A stretch of 64,000 bases of DNA from Tubiluchus corallicola (taxonomy: Eukaryota > Animalia > Priapulida). The stretch lies in assembly GCA_030141605.1 (NCBI GenBank), contig JAQGDQ010000003.1, positions 1,426,001 through 1,490,000 on the forward strand, read 5' to 3'. A model generated the notes under the pieces. That model did not search any database and had not been told where the DNA came from. It was given only the letters and a program-made list of their open reading frames with translations. This document shows, piece by piece, positions 25,001 through 38,500 of this stretch. Numbering within the stretch: position 1 is the first letter of the stretch; the number at the start of each line of letters is the position of its first letter. The position numbers were made by a program, and so were the translations under genes.

Positions 25001-28000
25001 CGTAGTTTCCAGAAGTCCAACACATGATCCCAAAAACCTCCGTGGCCCGCTAAAATACAAAACTAACTGTAATATAACTACACTAAGCAATGAAAAAGTC
25101 CTTCCAGGATAAATTTTGTCTCTGATGTGCTGTGGTTCTATTGATATGATTCGTTACTTTTTCAAGAACCAATAAACTGCAATGTATATTAGCGTTTTTT
25201 GCAAAATATGTTTCCACGTAATAAAAAATATTAATATATTACTGGCTATGATTTTGTGTTCCTAATTTGCCTGTAGTCTTAACAAAAACGACTCAGTGCT
25301 GTTAATCTAGAGATTGTACTGCCCAATACTAGCTAAGTTGCTCCATTATTCACCAATTTCTGGGTTTAAACTGTGCAAATAATTGGTTATTTAACATCGA
25401 TTTGTTTAACTTTTTAGAAGACTTATAGCAATAGTTTTCATCACTTACCTTGGTTAAGTTGTTGCTCGAATATTGCATTAAACTGTAAATGCTTGCCGGA
25501 ATATTTAATTAAATTTAAGAAATAGTACATGGAAACTAGCGTGTCCTTTGGGTTGCGCGTGGTGTACACTGTCTGTAAACATTAAATTTAAAATTTAATG
25601 CAAGCCTGACAAATTCATCAGATTTCAACTAGTTTTAAAGTAGCTATAATTAGAAGCACATTTATGGAAAGAAAAAAATCATTCTGGTAGTAGCATTAGT
25701 AACATTAATTACTTAGCTTTGTTATTCATACAAAGATTAGCGCATATTGCACCTGTGCTTTCTGAAGGATAAATCTAGTTTGCCTATATTTACACTAAAC
25801 ATACACCACACACAAATCATGCACTTAGGTTACCTTTGGCTTGATCTTGTGATATTTTCTTGGAAGCAGGGCTAATGGTAGATGGCTTCGAATGCATCGG
25901 GGTCGTTGGAGAGCTTTCTCTGACATTTTGAAGGGAAAGTCTATGAAACAGGTGCGGTCCAGCTGGTTGAGTTCTGTAGCAGTTTTTGTATCCGCATCAT
26001 TGCACACTAACCATACTATTTCTAGAGTCCAGGTGGTACCTATGATAAAAAATTATCTTAGTACCTTTTTGTGACAATCTGATTCCAAACGGTTTGACAA
26101 ATTTTTTTGAAAAGTAACATCTTGCAGCATTTTTGCTGCCATTTTAAAAATCGAGCTGCATACAGTTTATTCGGATTATAAAAAATCTATAACAACCTGT
26201 TTGAAATGACAGAGACTTTATTTTTTCAAACTCGTCCATAGAAAAAGAAGAGGGAGAAGAAAAATACAGTCAACCTCGGGTATAAAGTACTTGCTTATAA
26301 GGGACCAGCAACATCGGTCCCGATTTTTCCTATGTAACTTTTTTCCTATGTAAAAATCTTCGTATGTAAGGTACTCATATATAAGGGACTTTTGGTTATA
26401 AGGGACGATATCTTCAGGTCCCGCGTAATAGAAACCCAGTTAAATTATCTCGCATATAAGGGACCTTATGATCAAATATTTTTTACATCCTGAAAAGCTA
26501 TGCGCGAGACCGCGCGCGTATTCCCTTGGACTGTATTCCAGCTTGTTCGATTATGACAAAAAATAAATTAAATACAAGAAAAATCTTTAGAATCCCCAAA
26601 ATTGTACATCCTTAAATATTATTTTCTACAGCCAACTATATAAAATCAATTTTGATACACCCTCGGTCTGACTCAATTTCGGCTATAAGGGACATCGGAT
26701 ATAAGGGATGGTTCTTTCCGGTCCAAAGGTGTCCCTTATATCCGAGGTTGACTGTATGAGCAGAAATATTTATTGGTACGTACTTAATGCAAAAAACTGC
26801 CAGATGCTGTTTGTTCAGCATATGTTGTTCGAATTAGGTAAGCAGCACATATGGTTCCAAGTGAATTTTTCTAACTTGTTGTGGTTTTTGTAGATTTTTT
26901 AATTACAGTTTTTTCAAGTGGTTAGAATGCTGTAAAAGCCTGCATATGTGTAATTAAATGCTGATGAATAATTGCTTACCTGCTTTTGGGTACACATCTA
27001 TAAACACATCATCTTCATATACTTCAAATTCATATATTTTTTCCATGTGATCTATGTGCTCTCGAATTATCGTCCAGTAGTCTATGCATAAACAAACACT
27101 AAAAATTCATTTGATGTCCATTTATGTTTGGTCTTGTTTTACAAATATATATTTGAAGGCCAGTAATTCTTGAGTTTCAAAATTGGGAAAAGAAGATTTT
27201 CACTCATTTTAAACAAAACAGCTCGGTGACTATTACACCCTAACTTTCAAGTTTAAGAAAAGAATATATATTTCTAGTATGTATTTCTCAATCTTGCTAA
27301 ATATTTTTTGTATTAGATCAGATGATTTTTTAGTGATATTTTAATTCAAACTGTATGTAAACACGTTACCTGTTCCAGGAATTCTGTAAGATTTCACCAG
27401 TGCGCCTGCCCCTTCTTGTGGAACCTCCAAGTGGTCATATTTGTGCAGATGGCGTCTAAACTGAACAATTCCATAAATTCCGATCCCAAAAGCCGTTGTT
27501 GCTCCCAGACCAATGAGTATTGTTTTATTGAACATTGCTTATTGTCCCACTGCACAAAATGAGTACTTGCAATATGCAGGTCCGACTGTGAACAAATAGT
27601 GAATATATTATAGTACTTTCATTTATTATGATTCGTATGTAATTTTAATCTAAAAATTTTTATTTAATAACTCAGAATTTTTATCTACTAGTGAAGTGAA
27701 CTCACAATAATTACTTTTTTAAAATCGTATTTAACTGACAGGAAACAAATGTGAGACATTCTAATAAACTGGAATGGACTGGTTGTTAGGCTTATATGTT
27801 AAAGATTCCCAGTTTAACTGCATCTTTATTTCCAATCATTCCATATTTCATTTATCATATGAACATATACACCTAAACAGTTAAGTTGAAAGTTTAATAC
27901 ATAGTAAGTGCATTGCATGCATCTATTTATAAAAATATGTTATGATAATTCATACCTGACACTTCACAGTAAGCTTTCACCCATGCAGTTAGTCTAAAGT

Positions 28001-29527
28001 TTGTACTCAGCAAACATCCACTTATCACTTTACGAGTACACAGTACACTTCAAATAAAATTAGGGCACGTCCAAAAGTGCAGTAGCATAGCTTTCTTACG
28101 CGAGTGTTGAGCAACGTAAATAGTTTATTCTAAAATAACTTGGTTAATAGAGAACTGGTTTTTTGGTTAATCATGCATGCAATTTTTTGTTGCTATAGCG
28201 GACATTTCAATAGCAATACTGCTATTGCTTTCTCTGGTGATTACTCAAAAGATTATACCATACAGGCTGCAAATGTCCTTGCATTACTGACTTAGGGTTT
28301 GCCACTGAGATGCATTTATTAGTGCCATATTATGTGATACCGCACGCTTTGTCAATTTTTATAATTCACTCATCATTGACGACTGATAGATCATAGTGTT
28401 ACTAGTTACTATGATGCAGTGAACGAAAGAAACACACATAGACACACAAAGAAGAAAGGTACAATCAAGGGATCTTCGAGGAAGGAAGGGAATGAAGAAA
28501 GTGAGATAGAAGGGAAGAAAAAAGCTGTTCTTAATATTGCTCAATCTTCGTGTTCACATAATATTCACGTGTTTATTTCTTAATCAATTCAGTGCAGTCT
28601 TAACTTGCTGGCAGTTTTGCAAGGAACGAGAAAAGAAAAATGACAGTGTATGAGAGAAAGAAGGGAGATGATATGAGAGAAAAAAGCAAAAAAGAAATAA
28701 ATAAATATGTGAAAAAGGATACACGGAAAGAGAGCTAGTAAAGGAAAAAGTAGAATACGAGATAAAGAAAGAAAAAGGGAGGAAAGAAAGAGGTAGGATC
28801 AAACATAGCAAAAAACGTAAACAAACAGGCAGGATAAAAGAATGAAAAAAGGAAAACCATTGATTATCATCTATTTTAATAATGTATTTATTTATGGAAA
28901 TTAATAAAATTCTAGCTCAAATAATAATAACAGCTGAAGCAGAAAGCAGTTGTGAGATTTTCTAGCCGTGATAGTTTCTACATCACTTACTTCAATTCCT
29001 CTGATTTTATATTGCTGATTTATTACTATTCATACTTGTACACAAGCCCTGCTGACTCCAACCACTCTGATGTTAATTTATCAATTTTTTCGTTCTGCTC
29101 TACAGATAGATGACTTTTCCAGTCACCTACTTTTCCTGTAATATGCAAAATTAGAGATAACGTGTTCTAATATTTTTTCATTCGGAAATCACTAGGGAAG
29201 GAGCATTAATCGAAGGCAGGCACTTTTTTCAATATGATTAGATGTGTTTTTACCTTTTCTCATGAACCTTTCCGAAGAAGTCCTATGTCTCTCATTATTT
29301 CGAAGTTTGTTCCTGGGTTGTTCTTCATGCTTTTGAAAGTGCAGTGCTCGGCTATTCTTTTCACTTGGTCTTCAGTTAACGTCTTGTTCAGAAACTTTGC
29401 AACTTTTCTAATTTCTCTTGGTAAGTCCTAGCTCACAAACGAATGCATTTTATTAAATGCACATGTCATGTACATGCAAATAGCTATTATTATTTTTAGA
29501 AATTGTTTTGTGAATAACACACACACG

Positions 29528-29597
<70 letters not shown>

Positions 29598-32500
29598 TAT
29601 ATAACAACATGGAGATGCTGAAATTTCACACAGTTGAATTCTCATGTTCACCTGCAGTTTTTAAGAACTTTGTACCTCTTTCATGTCTTCGTATTTCAGA
29701 AACAAAATATGTGGCTCATTGCGTAATTTCCAGAAGTCCAACACATGATCCCAAAAACTTCCATGGCCCACTGAAATGAAAATTTACTGAAGATATCTAA
29801 CAGCACACACAGTGCAATTAAAAAAGTCCTTGTTGGATAATTTAGCCTCTGTAGCTTATTTTCTTTCTGTGACTAATTTATTCTTCTGAACCAGTAATTC
29901 TTATTAAGATTACACGATCAGCAAATGTTCGCAAAACTGCTTTTCTATCAGCACAATGCTAGTGATTCATTGGTTACGAAGCTACAGTTTACATTACTTA
30001 AGTCCAGTTAAACTATAAAAAAAACATTTGTTTCTTGTGAAGACTACTTTCTGACATAAATAGCTTGTGACTAACCTTAACAATAGCAGCCCTATGCTGC
30101 TAACTGAGATTGTACTAACTGGTTAATAATAGCTATTACTACTTTCGCGGGATGATTTATCTATTTCCAATCTAACTCGTACAAATTATGATTTATATAC
30201 TTGAATTAGCTGAATTCTTTAGAAGAATTGACAAAAAATAATTTTGATCTCTTACCTTGGTTAATTTGTTGTTCGACTATCGCATTAAATGGCAAATGCT
30301 TGCCAGTATATTTGACTAATTTTAAGAAGTAATGCAGGGAAACTAGTGTATCTTTCGGATTGCGCGTCGTGTACACAGTCTGCAAAGGCAAAATGAATGT
30401 TGCCATTTAAAATTTAGCAAGATGGTATCGTAGAATTGTAATCTTACTTTGGAGCAACAGAGCAAGATATTGAGCATTTTGACAATTTTTTGGTCAAGTG
30501 TTTGCTTAACCCAAATAGTTACTCATCTGAATGTTGTTGTTGTTATTCTTGTTGGAGGACGACCTTTTGAAGTTAGTGTGAGGCTCCCTTCAAATGTATC
30601 ACCATAAACTGCCGTATAGAGCTCACACTTTCATTTCACCTTATATTGCTACTACCATTCAGCTGACTAAGCACTTTACAAAACAGCTTTTTAAATTCTA
30701 TGTAGTATATAAAAATAGTAGTAACTCGACAATTAACTTTATAATAAAACATATGTTACATGATGAAAAGCTCATTAATGTGTTTCAACTTGTATAAAAT
30801 TGCATACTCTAGAAGATGTATTTAGAAATTTCCATGTACTATCTCATAAAATTGTAAAAGGATGCGAGTTAAACTCCAAGCAGCTAGCAACAATAAACTT
30901 AGCAACAGATTGTATAAGTTGTATTGAGAACAGGAATTTAATTTTTTAGCAAAGTATCAATTGAGAGAAATATTAGAACATGTGGTGTCTTTTTAAATTA
31001 ATTGGATTGTCTTTTTATAAGTAAATAATACCCGTGCTCGTTTTTTATTGTTTTTGTTGTCAGTGTTTAATATTTATTTTTACTTTTACTACTAGTCTAC
31101 TAATTTCTTTTAATTGAACCACTTATGTAACTTAACTTTACATGTGTGTTCGAAAATAAACGATGTTAATAATGATATTACGGAAACAAGGTCTGGCTGT
31201 TGTAATATGTCAAGCACTCATTTCATATAGCTGTCTAGTAGCTTATTTTTCTTATTGATTATGGAAGTTATTTTGATTCAGAGCATTTGAATTATGCGTG
31301 TTAGATGTCTGTATAATGTACTGCCAACTTTTCTTCCCTGGTTTGTAAATATCAGTACAAGCCCAGGACACTGAACATAACTGGAATTTTAGATGTAATT
31401 AGGACTGATACCTCATGCAACTTTTGTAGTTTTTTTTATCAAACAGTTTCTTGCTTACTTATTTTATTACGAAGTGGCACTAAAATTAGCATCAGTTTGG
31501 TACACGTTAACACAAAAATCAGTTGCACACGTGTTTGCTGAAGTCTTGAAATAGAAACCTATGTGTTGCCATATTTGTCCACCATGCTAGGCAAATATAT
31601 GCGCCCCTCAAGCACTCGCAGTTGTGAATTGCATATACTTAGGTTACCTTCGGCTTGATCTTGTGATATTTTCTTGGAAGTAGACCTAATGGTACATGGG
31701 TTCGAATGCATCGGGGTCGTTTAGAAGCATTCTTCATCATTGTAAGGAGAACTTCTAGGAACCAAGTGCGGTCCATCTGGTTGACTTCTGTAGCAGTTCT
31801 CGTATCAGCATCATTGCACACTAACCACACTATCTCTAGCGTCCATGTGGTTCCTATAGAACCAGAATAGTATTGTTAATTTTTCATTGACACTTAAAAT
31901 GATACTAAATTTTTGTGAAAAAGTAGCTACTGCCCTATCTATAGCATCAGGTTAGTTGAGGCTAAGATTCGATACAGACAGCATTGCAAGGCTAATTTTT
32001 AATGGAAAAAACTTTAAACACTTCCGAGTTGCATTGCGCGTGGGTTTAAAACTTCAAATATCTAAATTTAGATACAGACATACTATAAGGCTGTGAAAAA
32101 TCACAAGCCACCGTCATATCGTGCGGGTTTAAATAATGTACATGGAGACTGCCACAAAAATGTGTTTTCTGCATACGTTACGTTAGTGATTATTATCTAA
32201 TACCCTACTAATGAATTGTAAACCACTTAGCTGTCATTGTAATTTACCATTACTACACCTGAACCGTGGATGTATCAGCTGCAGAACTTGTTGTTTATGG
32301 TTGTTCAAAAATTTGTAAAAAATTAAAATCTATGCCAATTAACCCCAAAATTTGGGGTCTGATGGACAGACAAACAGCCAGAACTGATAAGAATAAGAAT
32401 ATTTTTTATTGTACCATACAATTGTTATGTGCAGATCTTTAAAAAATTGTAAAGAATTCAAATTTATTGCAATAAATCCAAAAATTAATGAACTCTGAAC

Positions 32501-35500
32501 GTGCTATCTGCCTTCCTACATCACTCCAGGGAGGAGAAAAAATGGTGACAAATGGATGGAATTGGTAATTCTATAGTTGCCCACTTCTTTGGGGCAATAT
32601 TCCAAGACCGAGAAAAAGTGAAGGGATAGACAGACAAATGTAACCGATATGTCTATAATTACCCACTTCAATGGGGCAACTATAATTAGTACGAATGTGT
32701 TACAGGTCACATTGAAATGCCCCGTTTTCATAACCACACAATAATGCCATCGCTACCAGCTTGGAATTGTGAGGTGTGCACCTCACCTCAGTGTTTATGT
32801 CGTTGAAACACAAGATATGATTACATAGAGAGGTTGTATTTAAATATGAATATGACTGAGACAGCTCTGCACATTCAATGTCTCATCTTAACTTATTAGA
32901 CTTGATAATGAGCCAAATTCCAGTTCTCCACATTAAGTAGGTTCTTCCATTGAGTGCTGCATTCCATCTTGCTGAGTGCCCAACTTTGTTCTTGTGCAAC
33001 TTTTGTGAAATTTTGTAATGTTTTGTTTTGGAATGGCAAAACAAGGTTTTTTTTAAATATTTTAGCAGTGTGGCCATCTTAGAAATGTGACGTCATAAGA
33101 GTTTTTTCCCTGCAACCCATTCTCGATATGTTAAATTTTCTAAGAACTTTTTTGCAATAACCAGGTTCATAATGAGCAAACCTTTAGCTTTTTTGAAAAT
33201 GACACTACTGCTACCTTTTTGAAAGTATGACTTATCAAAAGTGTAGTAGAGCACGGTTATATAGTTCACTTTCTAGGTTTAGGCCATCAATTTTGTAATG
33301 ATGTGGCACCAAGCTGTGTTTCCTTGGGCAACACAATTTTGAAAGTCCTGCTCCATCAATAAATTTGGTATCTACAATGATTTGCGGACTGTGTATGCAT
33401 CCTAGAAAGAACAACAATGTTTAGCGTTGAGCTGCGTTTAGTTAAGTCTCCTGCTTGAACCTGAAAAAACTACTTGTCTGTGCAAAAACACTTGTCGATT
33501 AGTAGTAGGTACGTACGGAATGAAAAATCCATCAAATGCTGTACTGTCTGTATACTGTATTATGTGATTCATATTGGATAAGCCATGCAGATTGTTCCCA
33601 GTGAATTGTTCAACTTTCTAACATTTTAACTTTTGTTTTGAATGTTATATACTTTTGAGATGCCACTTCTTTCAAGCCCTTAATACAATTAAAACTTGCC
33701 ATATAAAACTGTTTGCTGATTAGTGGCTTACCTGCTTTGGGGTACACTTCTATAAACACATCGTCTTCATATACTTCAAATTCGTAGATGTTTTCCATTT
33801 GGTCTATGAGCTCTTTTATCGGAGTCCAGTAGTCTTAAGGATAAATGAATATTAAAAACTCAGATTTGGCACATATACAAATAAGATTATGCGTATGCTA
33901 TGTCAAATATAGATTTATATTTATTGCTATACTGACTATAGTAATAGACCCTGCCTAAACATTAAATATGATAAAAACAGAGTAACAGACATGCCTAGGG
34001 CAGTTTAATGGATACTAATCATGTTATGTAGTTATTACCATTGTCATAGCTGTTGTTGCTCATTGTCTTATTGGTGGTCTTGCCATTATAAAGGGTCCTT
34101 CAAAAGTCCCTCGTTATTTTTAAAAATAAAAATTTAATAGCAATTAGACAGTTTCAGCAGAAATCAAACTGACAGTTTGGTGGCTAAATCTTCGATTTGG
34201 GAGAATTTTGGTAGGATGAAACTTGGCTTCATAAATCTACTGCAGCAATTTTGTTTTACACATTTATACCCCATCTACAATCATACAGTACCATACATCT
34301 AGCATGGTAGCAGAAGAAAATAGCACAAAACTTCAAATTTAATCAACTAAGAACATTCTCAACTAGTGAGTAAGAGTGTAATCGAACATAAAATTAGTGA
34401 GTAACTTACAAAACACCCTATGTACTTAATGTTGTCTAATTGAAACCTATTTTGCCACATATAATCTGCTCTGTGCCTTATTTTCTCTATTCTGTGTTCC
34501 CTACAACCAGATAAATACAATAACCTCTCTTAATAAACAAAGAGCAAACAAACAACGAATCTTCTGTAATTCGCTATTTTCAACTACTTTGGTTGTTTGT
34601 ATGTTGTTTTTCTTTTTTTTATTTACATATCCTACCACTTTAGCTGTAAAATGAAAGTGCTACAGCATTTCAAGCTACACAAAATTTACCTGTTCCTTGA
34701 ATTCTGTAAGATTTCACCAATGCACCTGCCCTTTCTTGTGGAACTTCCAAATGATCATATCTATGCAAATAGCGTCTGAACTGAACAATTCCATAAATTC
34801 CAAGTCCAAGAGCCGTCGTTGCTCCTAGACCAATCACCATCGATTTATTGAACATTATTTATTGTCCCACTGCACATAATAACAGCTTGCAATATGAAGG
34901 TCTGATTCTGTAGGAAAAGTGAATGTGGTATGGATAGATTAGATATTCTTTTAACTATGTATTACCATTCACGCATTACGTTAATATTAGAATTTGCAGT
35001 GAAATGAATACTCAATTATTACATGTTTTTGAGATCATATTTAACTGACGGAAAATAGATGTCAAACATTAGAATAAACTGGTGTGACCTAGCTACTAAG
35101 TTATTAGACTTGTATTCTAAAAGTTTCTAGCTTCGATGCACATTCATTTCCAGCCTTTTCATATTTCATTTTTTCAAAATATGGCCTCAGACGTTAATAA
35201 TTATCATAACCTCATATCACGATGCTGTTTATCAAAATAATAATCAGTTTATTACTGAGTTGCTGTATGATTGTTACACTTGATTGTGTCTTGTTAGTAA
35301 CTCTGTTGCCTGAGGTATTATGGTATATCCTTACCTGGTGCTGAAACTATGATTAGACATACCGTAACTCTATGCAACTGAACAGTAAAAACAGAGTCAA
35401 CTAATTCATACCTGGCTTGACACCTTGACGAACTTTCACCCTTGCAGTTATCTCATGCTCCGAAAACATTCGCTTATCATGTTTTTTGTTATTACCTAGA

Positions 35501-38500
35501 TTGATGTACAAGTTAGTGTAAGCCCAGAGGAATGTGCTTGATAATTTTCGTCTGTATTACTTCAGTCAGTATTACAGTACATTATGCTTTATGCGCGACC
35601 TGGCTGCAGTGCTACACCCATGGCCATCTTCTACCACTACTACAACATCAAGTCACGAAAAACAGCTAAAAAACAGCCAGATCACACACTGCACCATCTA
35701 TCACTGCCGTTGCTATTGTTAAATAAAAATAAGAAAAGAAAGCCATTATCACTCTGCTGCCGTTCCATATGATGATGTGATGCATGCCTATGAGGTCATT
35801 GTTTCATGATTCGCAACTTGCATTATGGGAAATAAAGGATATGCATTTAACCATAGTACCATGCTAGCATCACTGGTAAATGGTAGATCATTCAGCTCTT
35901 AAAAACACAGCCTGGGATGCATTAGCAAGTTCAGGATGAGTTTGTGATTAATGCTGGGATGATTCTTAATGACAAGTATTAAAATGATAAATAAAAAATT
36001 CCACGTGAAGAAATGGAAAACACAAATAAAAAGATTGTGGGATTTTTCTATTAACAAATTACTGTGTTGCACTAAGTGCAAGAAAAAAGGTGCAATCAAA
36101 GGAATTTTGAGGAAGGAAAGAAATCAGTAGGCTAGAAAGAAAAGATAAAAATGCTTTTTGCACACCTGCAAACATCTTCATCATGTCTGCCTAAATTTTA
36201 TAAATTCATTTTTCCTGTATCAAGCTTCCCAGTTATTTTACAAGGAATGAAAAAGAAACGACGCTGAGCATGAGAGAGAACAGGAGAAGGACTGAGAGAC
36301 GAAGCAAAAAAAGAAGAAATTAGCAAAAAAAGTACGAGTGTAAGTGTATTAGTAAAGGGAAAGTTCATGGAAAAATTAAAAAGAGAAGAAGAGAGGAAGT
36401 TAGAAGAAAGGAAACAAAGAGAAAAGTAAGATTAAAAGAAGGGAAGAAATTCAGCAAACAAGCAAAAAATAAAGAAAATGGGAAAAAGTTAAAAGATGAA
36501 AAGAGATAGAACTACTAGGAATTCGAACTGAAACACACAAAATGAGTTAAGCAATTGAAATTCTTCATGAAAGTTAATTACATATAGTATGTGTAGCCTC
36601 TGCATATAGTACAGTCTTTTGTTTATGAATTAAATACACAAGTTTATCTTTGTACATACTTCTTGTATTATTATAAATATCTTTTTTGCAGGTTTGACAC
36701 TTCTTATCCCATACCTAATATCTCAGTCGGTGGAATGGAGTAGCTGTAAACTTCGAGTGTTCTTTCTGAAGGGTAAAGAAGAGTTAGACAATGAGCAACG
36801 CAAGTGAGCAAAACATTTGCTTTGTGTTTATCACGTTTTACTGTAAATACATCAGCATTCTTTTCATAAATTTCTTACTCAGATATAGATTAAAATATTT
36901 GTCCTTGATTTCCTATAGCTATATTGTTCAACTATTCTGTGTACTTATGTCTTGCACATTTTACAGTATGGCAACACTGCTGAATAAATTTCGCATTGAC
37001 TATTCTGATATGACAGTTATCCCTGATCATGGAGAAGAGCCTAATGAAAAAAGGTAATATAGCTTACATTTCTGCCAAAAGCAATAGTTTCTGCATTAAT
37101 TATTATAACCTTAGTGTCAATATTATTATTAATGAGGGGACAAATCCACAACTAAATAAATTTTGATACTAAACTTGAAAAACGGAAATGTGAAAACTTG
37201 GAATATAGCCTTGATTTAAACCAGAGAGCTTCTGCTTACATAAGCCAATGCCTTAGACTAGCCACCGTATTCATCAGTGATCAAGGTAGTCCAAAGATCA
37301 CTCTTGTGCCAAAACCACCAAAGGGTAGTGAAATTAAACATTTCCACTGTTAGATCACTCACACTAAGTAATTTTGACTAATTAGATTAATTATGTACTT
37401 ATTCTGAGCCTGACATTTCCAAATATAATTTGGTTGAAATTTGGACTGTCTTGGTTATTTGTGTCTAAAGCATCTGCCTTTGTAAGCAGAAGGTATCTGG
37501 TTCAAATCCAGGTTGTATTCCAACTTTTTCACATTTCCTGTCTTTCAAAAATGAGTTAATTGTGGGTCCTACCATTAGTTTTAATTTGGCAGTGCACATA
37601 GATGAAATTACTATTTGAACCAAACAGGTTTCTCGATTTGCAATGACATCATGTCAGCAGTGTGATGATGTCACATTATTCTTAAAAATATTCTAGTTTA
37701 TTAGCAAATGCTATGTAAATGTAGTGATTTGCACCCATAGTTTTTACATTTTTCTCAGCAACCGGTGATGTAATTTTGTTAAAAACAGCATCTAATATTT
37801 TATTAGTTTTGTCATGAAAGATGCTGCTTTGAATTAAAAGGTTATTGTCTTTGCTTTTAATAAAGCAATTGTTTGACTGTTATGAATTTTAGCTTATTTT
37901 TGTTTCATTTTAGTATAAAAGAGTTCCAGACGTTGATATCGAATTGGAGAGTTAAAGGAAGCAAAGATCAAGATATCAAGCAACATGGAGTTATGGATTC
38001 TGAATTGATTGCTCTGAAATCCAAAACATGGCGACACATTCGTCTTCGAGAGTTACTAGAGCAGCACAGTAAAAACTCTAATTTAATTGTTATGTAAGTA
38101 AAGCTAGTAAGATGTATAAAAGCATTGCAGTCTTCTCCATAAATTTTTGTTGGTGAATATTTATAATTCTTAGTATCATTAATGTTTTGAAATGGAAGTT
38201 TCAAAATGAAGGAATCTTCTGCTAAGAATGTCTGCTAAGGTCTGGCTAATGCTAGCAACACTTAATTTTGGGATGCGGTCCTGATGTGACCATTAGTTTG
38301 TTTGGTGTTTGCGTTGTTTTTTAATGTAATTGCATTGCTTTTTCAATGTTTAAATTTTCTACTTTATTTTTTACACATAATCTATTGCCTATATTACTAC
38401 AAATCTGACCTCAGTTCTGCATACCCTCAAATTCTCTAGCAATTTTCAGTTCAATTTTTTGGTTTGTGTTGATTAAAATATACTTTCATTGTTTCAGCAC

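Noticed and set aside
28359-28811. Hydrophobic Phe/Ser/Leu-rich ORFs (also 29428-29779 and 51099-51369)
   Set aside because: These are translation artefacts of purine/pyrimidine tracts and microsatellites.
37445-37522. Functional tRNA-Thr gene
   Set aside because: The anticodon loop is 8 nt and the D-arm/A-box and acceptor stem are degenerate. It is better explained as a tRNA-derived repeat.
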